The notes beneath the pieces are model-generated. The model was not told the DNA's origin, searched no databases, and saw only the letters and a program-made list of their open reading frames with translations. A stretch of DNA of 64,000 nt from an uncultured Gammaproteobacteria bacterium (GTDB lineage: Bacteria > Pseudomonadota > Gammaproteobacteria > UBA6002), in the NCBI GenBank assembly GCA_963817645.1, contig CAWFQC010000031.1, forward strand, positions 34,299-98,298, read 5' to 3'. Numbering within the stretch: the stretch's first letter is position 1; each line of letters opens with the position of its first letter. Shown here one piece after another: positions 28,625 through 38,325 of this stretch. The translations under genes were made by a program, and so were the position numbers.

Positions 28625-31066
28625 TTATTTTATCCTTAACCCGGATATTTCAGTAGCATGTACACTTGAACTTGGATAATTAATGAATGCTATCTTGGAA
28701 AAACTTTCATATTGACTTGCAAATTTTTCCACATCGGGCTCGATTAAAGCCTTACAATCTGGTAAGCATGACCATTCCACAGAAAGATGGTGAAATCGGA
28801 ATAAAGCTGAAACCAGCATTTCAACTACTGCTGCAGAACCACGTTCAAAAGGAGTAGCTTGAGCTAACCACCAATGAATTTTAGCTAATTTAAAAGTCAG
28901 TGACGCAACTGCCTTCTCATCACTTAAGTCTATGGGAGTATGAGTTGCCTCTTTAATTAAGTTATCAACATAAGACAAAATCATATTGATTATATTTTCA
29001 CTTGTATGACGCCACATGGGCATTCCAATCATAAGGCTTGAAGTTAAAATCACTTCTTCGTCATTAATGTTTGCTTTAATCATGGCATTCACACCTAACT
29101 CGCCATCTTCAATGACGTAGCCATGGTATTGAAGTTTATCAGGATCATAATTTTCAGGAACAACATTGTTCAAGAATTCATTAAAATAAGAGGAATATCT
29201 TCCTGTTTGAGGTGTGATCATATTATTTTCTCTACTCTTTCCAAATACTTCGTAATTTTCTGTTCCACTTATTTTTGCAATGAATTTTCGCAAATTACCC
29301 AATTTTGGCAATGTTAAAGTTTGGACTTCATTTTTTCGAGATTTTTTCTTGCCAGAAGGAGTGTCTTGATCAAACCACCTAGAGGAATAATTTGATTTAA
29401 GCTTGTTATCCTTATCTTCTAGAAGTTTGAAAGCTTTATTTTGCAAAGCATCAGTAATGATAGAAACGATTTCATGGAAAATCTCTTTATACGATTGTTG
29501 AGTGATGCCGTCTCCATAATATCTTTTCATCATTTCGCAATCATTTGATTTTACTCCTGCTATCAGTTCAACTGATTTATTATTTGCTGTCTCTATATCA
29601 CCTCGATTTCTGTAAAACTGAATAATTTCAATATCATTTTGAATATTGGCTATATTTAATAATTTATTTAATTGTTTAGCATCAAATTTCATGCCTATTT
29701 CTATAAAAGCTTGTGCAATTTTTGGAGAGTTTGTGTTTCTTATTTTATTAACTATTTTTTCATTATTTAGTATGTCCTTGCCATGATATTTTATGATCAT
29801 GGGAATGTAAGGATTATAGAAGCTTTGAGAATTGTCGATAATGAAATTTTGCAGAATCATATTGTCTAATGATAATGATTTCACAAATATTTCTATTAAG
29901 TTTTTATCTTGATGGCGAAAACATCCTATTAAAGAAGCCTCAATAATATCATCAGGAAGCGAATTGATCGTTGGTTTTGTAAAAAAGAAATTAATCATTT
30001 TTGGAAGTCCATGTTTTGCTGCTGATAAGGCTAAGTATTTAAAATGATGCAGGTTTTCATACAATGAGGCATTAATGCTTTCTGGGGTTAATTTATTTTC
30101 AAGAAGCTTTAAAGGTCCTTCTGTCTCTTCAAAAAAAATATTTTTGGAATATTCTAAGTTCTCTGAACTCCAGGAATGTCCCCAATGGTCATTAATATCA
30201 CAACTAGATTGTATGCTATAGTGACATAGCTTTAAAAAATAATCTGATTGTAAATAATTTATACTTATCCTCTTATCTATTAATGAAAGAAGATCATACA
30301 TTTCATTTGAACGAATTAAGCAAAGTTTGCTTTCATTAATGAGTTTTAAAATCAAATCATTCTGTACAAATGGAAATTGATTAATAAAAGTAGCCAATGA
30401 TTTAACTTTATCTTCTTTAATTAAAAATGATATGATCTTCATAATTTCGTCATCACTTTTCAATAAACCTTTTAAGCTTTTATGTTCATCAGTGATTATT
30501 TTGCAAATAATTTCATCGGAATATTCTTTTAACATTTCTGGATATTGAGAAAATCGATCAAGATCAATAGTAAACCCATGTTTTAGCAAGAGATCATATA
30601 TCTTTGTATCTTTAATCAAGTGATTATTATACTTTAGTGTGCCGTTAATAATTGTATTGTTGTAGTCAAGTAATTTTTCCAAGATTAAAAAATAATTTTT
30701 ATCAATTGCAGCTTCTGCAAACCTGCATGGGGACTTTGGGTTCACTTGTATTTTATTCTCTATGATAAAATCTACGAGCTTTTCAGCACATTCCTGTTCA
30801 CCTTTCTCAATTGAAAATTCGAGCAATTTATACAAATTACTGCTTATTGTTTTTATTTGCTCTTTTTCATTTTCAATGAGATAGTAAAAAGCTTTTTTTT
30901 GTTTATAATTAATTAATAAGGCGGCAATCTCAGAAAAGTTGCACTCATCTTCATCAATGCCTTTATTAATGAAAAGATTTTTTATATTCTCTAGAACCAC
31001 CTCCTGGGCAGAGCCAGCTTGAATTTGTTTGATTAGTTCAATCAATAAAGGATTTTTCGTGTTCAT
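28625..31066 (-). CDS. Large effector-like protein with a C-terminal AvrB-like (Fido-superfamily) domain
   Basis: An 813-aa uninterrupted ORF. C-terminal LAKIHWWLAQATPFERGSAAVVEMLVSALF parallels my recollection of P. syringae AvrB ([30 protein letters not shown]). Confidence 0.7.
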   Translation of the reverse strand: MNTKNPLLIELIKQIQAGSAQEVVLENIKNLFINKGIDEDECNFSEIAALLINYKQKKAFYYLIENEKEQIKTISSNLYKLLEFSIEKGEQECAEKLVDFIIENKIQVNPKSPCRFAEAAIDKNYFLILEKLLDYNNTIINGTLKYNNHLIKDTKIYDLLLKHGFTIDLDRFSQYPEMLKEYSDEIICKIITDEHKSLKGLLKSDDEIMKIISFLIKEDKVKSLATFINQFPFVQNDLILKLINESKLCLIRSNEMYDLLSLIDKRISINYLQSDYFLKLCHYSIQSSCDINDHWGHSWSSENLEYSKNIFFEETEGPLKLLENKLTPESINASLYENLHHFKYLALSAAKHGLPKMINFFFTKPTINSLPDDIIEASLIGCFRHQDKNLIEIFVKSLSLDNMILQNFIIDNSQSFYNPYIPMIIKYHGKDILNNEKIVNKIRNTNSPKIAQAFIEIGMKFDAKQLNKLLNIANIQNDIEIIQFYRNRGDIETANNKSVELIAGVKSNDCEMMKRYYGDGITQQSYKEIFHEIVSIITDALQNKAFKLLEDKDNKLKSNYSSRWFDQDTPSGKKKSRKNEVQTLTLPKLGNLRKFIAKISGTENYEVFGKSRENNMITPQTGRYSSYFNEFLNNVVPENYDPDKLQYHGYVIEDGELGVNAMIKANINDEEVILTSSLMIGMPMWRHTSENIINMILSYVDNLIKEATHTPIDLSDEKAVASLTFKLAKIHWWLAQATPFERGSAAVVEMLVSALFRFHHLSVEWSCLPDCKALIEPDVEKFASQYESFSKIAFINYPSSSVHATEISGLRIK

Positions 31067-31463
31067 AACTGCCTCTTAGAAAATAATAAAAAAAATGCTT
31101 CTTAGAAAATTCCTGTGTTCAGCTATTTCTTTGCTTGAAGTGAGAAACGAAGCAATCTTAAGACCTCTTGATCAGCTTAGATGCTTCCGTCTTCTATCTT
31201 GCTATACTCGCGAAGCATCAATGACTTCGCTCATAAACTTGCCTGCCATGGGAGTTTTGTAAGAGTTAGATATTTTAAATTACAATTATTAATAAAATAT
31301 TAAATATTATATTCATCGAGATATTGTGTTATAGGTTGCTAGAATTGCAGATAGATACAGTGCCTTTACTTAAAAATAATTACTAAACTCCTTACTCACA
31401 TTGGGTTCAAAACAATTCAAATTCTCAATATATTTAATATTGTTTTAATGTAAATAATGTAAG

Positions 31464-31637
31464 ATGCGAAAGGCTTATAAAAAATTTGCAAAGAAATTTC
31501 ACCCTGACAGGGCAGGTTTGACTGAACCCGAAAAACGGGAAGCACATGAAAAATTTGTTCTTCTGCAATCTCATTATGAGTTGTTACTGAAACATTATAA
31601 AAAAATTGAATATTTAAATCTGGATGAATATCCTTAG
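31464..31637 (+). pseudogene. J-domain (DnaJ-like) fragment of 57 codons, lacking helix I
   Basis: MRKAYKKFAKKFHPDRAG...EKFVLLQSHYELL contains the HPD tripeptide in its usual context. A stop lies two codons upstream of the ATG. Confidence 0.4.
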
Positions 31638-31699
31638 CTTAAGCCTGAATTCACTCAACATTACAAATTGAAGATAAGCCATCTGATCCAGAAAATGAA

Positions 31700-31940
31700 A
31701 ATACATGTTTCGTAATGTAGAGGTGGTAAGGTGTGGACGCTGAGTGAGTAGACCAGCGGAACTTCCCTGCCAATCTTTCGCAGTAGGGTCGAGAATTGGT
31801 GCGGTGAAGTATAGGTTTCAGCTTGTCAGTTTTCACCGTTTCCAGTTTTGTGCCCAGTAATTCTCGCCATCTTCCCGTTTCCAACTTCCGCCACGTCGAA
31901 CGTAGCGTGCGTATTTCCAGCACTGCGCTCACCTAGTACC
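31700..31940 (-). ncRNA. Candidate structured RNA or group-II-intron-like relic, forming a GC-rich island
   Basis: GC content rises sharply relative to the flanks. Read on the minus strand it is rich in GNRA-type loops closed by short stems (GUGC-UGGAAAUAC-GCAC; CUGC-GAAAGAUUG-GCAG; CUGGAAACGG; GGUGAAAACU; GCUGAAACC). The only ORF over it is arginine-rich and implausible. Confidence 0.25.
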
Positions 31941-32135
31941 TTCATTATTTGACCTATCGTGCTGGCGACACTTTATACACATGCTCTACACATGTTATCT
32001 ACACTCTTTTTCCACAAAGAGTTAATAGCCGCTATGCCATAAGCTGCATGAGACAACGCAATATCCAAATCATTCTCTGTTAGACTTCATAACTGCTTCT
32101 TTAAAAATAATGAAAAAAATGGTTCTTCGAACTAA

Positions 32136-35100
32136 TTACAAATTCTTCTGCCGATTAAACTCCTTACTCACCTTGGGTTCAGTTCCGTTTAGAAGACTTA
32201 AAACAAGCTTATCAGCAACCATATTCAAATTTTCAAACGCCAAAATCCAATGATGTGAATCTTCCGTCTTATTAATTATTTTCAACTGATTAAAGTTATC
32301 TTTAGTCAAAGCGTATTTCTGACCTTCAATCTGAATAGTATGACTAGTGACCTTGTCGAAAAATTTTGGATTCCATTTCAATGCCAAAATTGCATTTTTT
32401 CGTTCTATTACTAATTGTTGTCCATTCTCAAAGTATTGCATAGCATTTGTAATCACTGGACAAATGCATTCACTATCTACATAAGGATCATTCTCTTGAA
32501 CTTGGGTATCTGGATGTTTAACCATAGCATTAAATGGTTTGAGGTTACGATTTTTTGATTCAATTTGCAGTATCGTATCTAAATGATTAAGAAACTCATC
32601 AATTGTAAGCCCTAATAAGTTGCCAATGAATCCTGGTATATCATCTACACCATATACGCCTACTCTAAACTCAGGATCATCAAGATTTATCAATTGTGAG
32701 TGTTTTAAGGCTGCAATTGCTTGAAACAATTGGCCTGCTGTCGGGAGATAATGTCCGCTGCCATTATTCATAGAGACTATCTTGCCATTCTTAATATAGA
32801 GCTCGCCAGCACATGCAATATGTCCTCCATTCAAAATGGAAGTATGTTGGAAGAACTGATTCCTTTCGATAAAGAAACTATTCTTTTCATCAGCCACATA
32901 TAATTGGTTATTCTTATCTAAAACATATAAATATTTCCCATCAGGTAATATCTTGCCATTTTTTGGATAGATGAGATCACCTGATTCATTTTTGCTAACC
33001 AGAATATTTTGTCTTTGATGCTCATTCAAATAAATTATTTGTGGAACATCATCATCTAAATTTTTATTTTTTTCCAAGAAGTCGACAAATGAATTATCAC
33101 AGAATACTGACGCTTGCCACTCCGCATTTATGTGCTTACTCATTCTATGATAAGGATCGATGTGCTCAAGATAATAAGAGATATCCATATGTCCACTTTC
33201 GGAGAAATACCTAAGACCTTGAATAATCCTCTGTTCTTTTGACATATTGCAGTAGTCATATAATTTCTGATTTTTAACTATATCCTCAATAAAATGTATC
33301 GTCAAATTAATTATTTTAAATATCTTTCTGAGAATTTTTGCATGCTCATCAGTCAACAATTGTCTTTCAGATAGTCTTTCTAAAACTAGATCATTAATTT
33401 CATAAAGATTCAACAATGTTTCTATATTCATCATTGGGTTGGATTTTTCATATATTGCTATTTTATCCTTTAAATTTTGGAAATGATCACCATGCATTTT
33501 TGACCAAAATTCACAAGTTAACTCTTTTGTTTTATAACTATAAATAGCCAAAATATTTTCCATGTATGCAATGTTTTCATTGACATATTCATAATTTTCT
33601 TCGACAAGATTCTTATTGTTTTTAGCAAGATTCAAAATCCTAAGTACTTGTTGGCAGGTGAAAATAATGTGAGAGGTATCTTCTGAGTCAAGCGCTTTTT
33701 GTAATCTTTTTTGTAAGAATAGATGATAAAATGATATTTGACATCGAGCATCTCCAGCTAAAGCGCCACATAGGTAATAGGAATAGACAGTAGTGTCAGT
33801 CTCAATCTTTTCCATTTCTGCGATATTAGCCAAATAGGAATACCCTAAAGGAAAACCCTTTTTAATCGCTGCCATAAAACAATCTTTTGATGACATTTGC
33901 TGACTTAAAGCCTTTATAAAACTTGGCAGCCGATCAAGAAGTCCCAAACCATAAACATAATATAACTCACCTCGCCGAGAAGGAGGATAAGATTCAAAAT
34001 TGAGTAGATTTCTAGTTAAAGATTCTATCCTATAATTCAGGGAGTCTTTCTGCTCCTCATTATTTTTGGAAGATTTCATTTGCCGTGATTTTTGCAGCAA
34101 GACATTTAAATAATAATAATCAAAAATTGGATTTACATTATCATCCGTGATTACATCCTTAAGTGACAAATATTTATCTTCGATATCGTGAAATTCATAC
34201 TTTTTACACTTAATATAATGAGATTCTATCTTCATGGCATCATTTAATGCTTTTTTCAAGTCTTCTAAATAAAATTTTGACTCGAGGATATTTTCCTTAG
34301 AGAGGATCAACTTGTCTTTAGGGTAGTGGTCAATCAATTCATCTAAATATGATAGGCATTCAGAGGCTGTTTTAAAATTACCATATTGTAAATTATGGTT
34401 ATAATTCATCAAAATAGCGTTTGACAATCCATACAAACCCAGTTGTCCCGCTTTTTTATAATATTGTAATGCAGCGATAAAAGTTGAATTATCTTGTAAT
34501 TGAGTTGAATTAGAATGATTGTGCTGTGCTTCCTTTAATTTTATATCCCCTAGTCTCATATAGGCCTCTTGATTACCATTAATTGCAGCATCATGAAAAC
34601 TTGCAATAGCTTGATTCAAGTTTTTTTCAACACCTAGCACACCGTCTTGGTGTATAATGGCCTGCAGATAATATAATTTTGCCTTTAATGGTTTTAGACG
34701 ATCATATTTTTTAAAAATATGAGTTGTTTTAATCCATTCGATAATTTCTCTGGCATATGTAGGGTTTTTCGGAGGCTCTTTGCTCCATCGTTCTACTTGC
34801 TCTCTTAAGGCATCCAAAAATCTGGAGACATCAGCTACTCGACCTCCGCGAATGGCATACTCCAGTACACCATGAATAAAGTTATTCTTATAGAAAGAAG
34901 GATAAATCTCGATAAGAACCTGGGAAGCTCGCAAATTTCCAAGAAGCATGTGTAAGTTTTTCTCTGAATCATCGCCATTTCTATCAATTGAAAGTAATAT
35001 ATGTTCAATATGATTTCTAATCAGTTCAGGAATATCATATGTTTTATTAGCTAAAAACTTGTTAAGTTCATCAGCTTCATATGACATCACATGATATAAT

Positions 35101-36389
35101 TCGATATATGAAACTAGTTCTATAAAAAACTGAATTTCAATGAAAATAATAGGGGGACTTGATTTTTCTATAATATGATTCATTAGTTGAATTGTTGGCA
35201 TCCCTTTAATGTAAGGCTTAATTGCATTTAAATAGGTCTGTTCTGCCAATTTAGGATTCATAGCAAGTTTATTCTTACTCACGGGATTAAATGCAATACC
35301 AATAAATTTTTCATTACAAAAGTTACGAGCAAAACGAACAATTAATCCGGGACATTTGGTGAGTCGACGCAACTTGTCTTGATATTTATTTAAGGCTTTA
35401 TTGCCAATCTGTATCTCATACTCCGCAGATAAACAAAGATGCATTCGTGGAAGCAATACTTCTGCTTGTTGTTGCTCGGTTAATTGTTCAAACCAAGCCT
35501 CAAAAGAGATTTCTTGTTCATAAATCTTACCTGTTGTAGGTATAATGATTTCTGAATTTGCTTGGCGAATTTTATTATCCTCATCAATAAAAAATAGCCC
35601 ATCGGTTGAATCGACACCTTGTATTTTAGCCGATTTAAATTCGGCACTGACAACATTTCCAACTAAATTTATTTTCTCTTCAACAGCTAATAGGTCATGG
35701 CTGATTGGATAACATCGTGAATTAAAATCGCCGACAACAATAGCTATTTTCCCCTGACTAGCTTTTAGCAAATCACCAATTATTTTTTCTGTTACTTCTG
35801 GTGTTTCTTCATGCGGAAGATGAACATTATGCAGGACATATGAAAATGTGTGAGCGCCTTGATCGAGAGAATACTGGATATGCAATTCTTGACGTCTAGA
35901 TTTCCAAAAACTTTGTGCAATTTCAATATTTTTCTCAAGCTGAATAAAGTCAGCATTATAAAATGATGCCTGTCCATAGCCATTATTAATATACTGCCAA
36001 TTATCACCTAACTCTTGGCAAAGCATTCGTAAGGCATTTGGGAATTCTTCCTGGAACCATAGCTCTTGCATCACGATTATGTGTGGACTTTGTTGTTTAA
36101 CCATCAAGACTATGGCTGCTTGCAACCTTTTTAAGCGCTCTGCATAGTCTTCAGGCATTTCTTTGGTAGGATAGAATCCACTTCCTTGATTTGGTACAAA
36201 AACATTATACGTAATAATGCGTAATGAACCCTGTTTTTCTGGTAAGATAAATAATCGTGGCAAATGATCCGATAACATGAGGGTCTTGTCATTATTGGTT
36301 TGCTCGGATGTTGCTAATAAAGCATGATATCGTTGCACGGTGCTTTTCTTCGCCTTATCGTTGTCCTGTAAATGTGGTTTGGAATACAT
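32136..36389 (-). CDS. Giant multidomain effector-like protein: N-terminal endonuclease/exonuclease/phosphatase (EEP) domain, central Sel1/TPR-like repeats, and a C-terminal domain with an FQHxSxLxGG...AGEL...SGHYLPT motif
   Basis: EEP motifs LRIITYNVF, IIVMQELW, IAIVVGDFNS. Sel1-like AINGNQEAYMRLGDI, YYKKAGQLGLYGLSN, AIKKGFPLGYSYLANI, GALAGDARCQ. The C-terminal motif is at 32739-32855. Confidence 0.85.
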   Translation of the reverse strand: MYSKPHLQDNDKAKKSTVQRYHALLATSEQTNNDKTLMLSDHLPRLFILPEKQGSLRIITYNVFVPNQGSGFYPTKEMPEDYAERLKRLQAAIVLMVKQQSPHIIVMQELWFQEEFPNALRMLCQELGDNWQYINNGYGQASFYNADFIQLEKNIEIAQSFWKSRRQELHIQYSLDQGAHTFSYVLHNVHLPHEETPEVTEKIIGDLLKASQGKIAIVVGDFNSRCYPISHDLLAVEEKINLVGNVVSAEFKSAKIQGVDSTDGLFFIDEDNKIRQANSEIIIPTTGKIYEQEISFEAWFEQLTEQQQAEVLLPRMHLCLSAEYEIQIGNKALNKYQDKLRRLTKCPGLIVRFARNFCNEKFIGIAFNPVSKNKLAMNPKLAEQTYLNAIKPYIKGMPTIQLMNHIIEKSSPPIIFIEIQFFIELVSYIELYHVMSYEADELNKFLANKTYDIPELIRNHIEHILLSIDRNGDDSEKNLHMLLGNLRASQVLIEIYPSFYKNNFIHGVLEYAIRGGRVADVSRFLDALREQVERWSKEPPKNPTYAREIIEWIKTTHIFKKYDRLKPLKAKLYYLQAIIHQDGVLGVEKNLNQAIASFHDAAINGNQEAYMRLGDIKLKEAQHNHSNSTQLQDNSTFIAALQYYKKAGQLGLYGLSNAILMNYNHNLQYGNFKTASECLSYLDELIDHYPKDKLILSKENILESKFYLEDLKKALNDAMKIESHYIKCKKYEFHDIEDKYLSLKDVITDDNVNPIFDYYYLNVLLQKSRQMKSSKNNEEQKDSLNYRIESLTRNLLNFESYPPSRRGELYYVYGLGLLDRLPSFIKALSQQMSSKDCFMAAIKKGFPLGYSYLANIAEMEKIETDTTVYSYYLCGALAGDARCQISFYHLFLQKRLQKALDSEDTSHIIFTCQQVLRILNLAKNNKNLVEENYEYVNENIAYMENILAIYSYKTKELTCEFWSKMHGDHFQNLKDKIAIYEKSNPMMNIETLLNLYEINDLVLERLSERQLLTDEHAKILRKIFKIINLTIHFIEDIVKNQKLYDYCNMSKEQRIIQGLRYFSESGHMDISYYLEHIDPYHRMSKHINAEWQASVFCDNSFVDFLEKNKNLDDDVPQIIYLNEHQRQNILVSKNESGDLIYPKNGKILPDGKYLYVLDKNNQLYVADEKNSFFIERNQFFQHTSILNGGHIACAGELYIKNGKIVSMNNGSGHYLPTAGQLFQAIAALKHSQLINLDDPEFRVGVYGVDDIPGFIGNLLGLTIDEFLNHLDTILQIESKNRNLKPFNAMVKHPDTQVQENDPYVDSECICPVITNAMQYFENGQQLVIERKNAILALKWNPKFFDKVTSHTIQIEGQKYALTKDNFNQLKIINKTEDSHHWILAFENLNMVADKLVLSLLNGTEPKVSKEFNRQKNL

Positions 36390-36703
36390 TAGATACCCTC
36401 ACGTTTAGTGTTTTCTATTTATGCATAAGCCAATTGTGCAATAATTGTACAGCAGCTTTGCAACCAAGCATAGACAGGTAGGCATATTTTATAATAAATT
36501 TCTTAAAATAATATTAAGAAAAGATAATTTCACCTCAATTATGAGGCAACGAATCCTCTTCTTCAGTAACACTTTTCAATGAGGCAATGCGCTATTAGAT
36601 TTGTACTAGAACAAAAAATCATAAGTAAAATTGTTCAAGTTTCGAGAGCGACACTGTTTACAACTATTCATTCAAACATGAGAAAATATTGAGGAGTAGA
36701 ATA

Positions 36704-37660
36704 ATGTTAGACATTAAAAATGAAGTAATTATAGCTGAAAATAGAATACGTCCCCATATACGAGAAACTCCATTAGATTTCTCTTTACCAATTAGTAAAA
36801 TCACAAATACTAATGTTTATTTAAAGTGCGAAAACCTCCAATATACAGGCTCTTTCAAGATTCGAGGCGCATTCAATAAGTTACTTTCTTTAACGCCATC
36901 ACAATGGCAGCAAGGAGTTGTGACAGCTTCATCAGGAAATCATGGTGCTGCGGTAGCATGTGGCTTAAATAAATTAAAAATTCCAGGGATTATTTTCGTT
37001 CCTGAAAATACTTCTTCTACAAAAGTTGATAATATACGAAATTACAAAATTCCACTTGAATTTTATGCGACAGATTGTATGCAAACCGAAATACATGCTC
37101 AGGAATATGCAAAGAAACATAATATGGTTTATGTTTCACCCTACAATGATCTTCAAGTTATTGGAGGACAAGGAACCATTGCTCTTGAAATCACCCGTCA
37201 ATTGAATAAAGTCGATGTTATATTAGTTCCAATTGGTGGTGGTGGATTAATTTCAGGCATTGTGGGATATATAAAATCTGTTTCATCTGAAACAAAAGTC
37301 ATTGGCTGTTTGCCAGAAAACTCTCCTGTGATGGCGCAATCAGTTAAGATGGGAAAGATTGTTGAAATGGAAACATTACCAACTCTGTCAGATGCAACAG
37401 CAGGCGATATAGAACCGGACGCAATTACTTTTGATATTTGCAAAGAATTTGTAGATGACTATATTTTAGTATCTGAGCAAGAAATAAAAAATGCGATCAT
37501 CACATTAATTAAAACTCAACATCTTTTAATTGAAGGTGCGGCAGGTGTTGCACTCGCTTCACTATTAAAACATGCAAAACAATTCCATAGAAGAAACGTT
37601 GTCATTGTTTTAAGTGGTGCAAATATTAGTTTAGATACCTTAAAAACAATATTGGATTAG
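36704..37660 (+). CDS. PLP-dependent threonine/serine dehydratase (catalytic domain only)
   Basis: PLP-lysine motif YTGSFKIRGA; SSGNHGAA; glycine loop PIGGGGLISG. GAGGAG lies 7 nt upstream of ATG 36704. Confidence 0.85.
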   Translation: MLDIKNEVIIAENRIRPHIRETPLDFSLPISKITNTNVYLKCENLQYTGSFKIRGAFNKLLSLTPSQWQQGVVTASSGNHGAAVACGLNKLKIPGIIFVPENTSSTKVDNIRNYKIPLEFYATDCMQTEIHAQEYAKKHNMVYVSPYNDLQVIGGQGTIALEITRQLNKVDVILVPIGGGGLISGIVGYIKSVSSETKVIGCLPENSPVMAQSVKMGKIVEMETLPTLSDATAGDIEPDAITFDICKEFVDDYILVSEQEIKNAIITLIKTQHLLIEGAAGVALASLLKHAKQFHRRNVVIVLSGANISLDTLKTILD

Positions 37661-37705
37661 TAACATGAGAATGAGAATTATCAATCTAAATCAAATATAA
37701 ATTCC

Positions 37706-37846
37706 TTTTCGAAAAAATGCGCTCTTTGGGCCGTCGTTCCTCGCATGAAGGTTTTGAGCATTCTACACGGATTGTGCGGCGAGGAACGACGGCCCAAAGA
37801 AACGTTTTTGAAGAAAGTTCGTTTAGAGTTATTTCAAACATGTTCC
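37706..37846. repeat. Truncated copy of palindromic MITE-2 (full copy at 44915-45152)
   Basis: It shares GCGCTCTTTGGGCCGTCGTTCCTCGC...GCGGCGAGGAACGACGGCCCAAAGAAACG and the right terminus AGTTATTTCAAACATGTTCC. The left arm is missing. Confidence 0.75.
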
Positions 37847-37893
37847 CTTATTAGTTAGGGTATTTTTCATACGTCTTAGCGGCGGTCCTTGTT

Positions 37894-38325
37894 CTAAGTA
37901 ATACCTCCTAAGTCTTTTCGTAAAAAATAAAATATTGAGTTTTTATCGAAGCCTCGGCGTTCAAATTCAACATAAAATCCGAGTTTTTTATAAAAATCAA
38001 GTGCCTCCCAGTCCATAGTATTGACTGCCATAAAATTACATCCACACTCTTTTGCAAGCTTTTCTGCTGACTCCATAAGTTTAGTGCCATAACCTTTGCC
38101 ACGTAATTCTTCTGTCACCCAGAGTTGGCCAATAAAAAAACATCCATATACGTTATCTCCTCCACATCCACCGACGATTCGTTCTTCTTCATCACGGATG
38201 AAAAACGCGAAAAAATCGAGTTGGTTCATTCCTTTCTTTTGTTTGGCATATTCCATAATGCCACCATTAAGTATTTGAATATCATCTGCTTTTGGATTTT
38301 TCTCATAATTAATTGTGTATTTCAT
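37894..38325 (-). CDS. GNAT-family N-acetyltransferase
   Basis: LWVTEELRGKGYGTKLM...FYKKLGF. Confidence 0.8.
   Translation of the reverse strand: MKYTINYEKNPKADDIQILNGGIMEYAKQKKGMNQLDFFAFFIRDEEERIVGGCGGDNVYGCFFIGQLWVTEELRGKGYGTKLMESAEKLAKECGCNFMAVNTMDWEALDFYKKLGFYVEFERRGFDKNSIFYFLRKDLGGIT

Noticed and set aside
31651-31932. 93-aa ORF on the minus strand over the GC-rich island.
   Set aside because: It has an Arg/Trp-rich, low-plausibility composition, no RBS and no recognisable motif. The region is better explained as structured RNA or foreign non-coding DNA.
31850-31935. The minus-strand string UUCGACGUGGCGGAAGUUGGAAACGGGAAGAUGGCGAGAA resembles the 5' region of tmRNA (UUCGACG..GAAAC..AAG..GCCGAGAA).
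   Set aside because: There is no GGGG acceptor 5' end, no tag reading frame (ANDE...-type), and no T-arm/CCA-proximal 3' part. The resemblance is short and probably coincidental.
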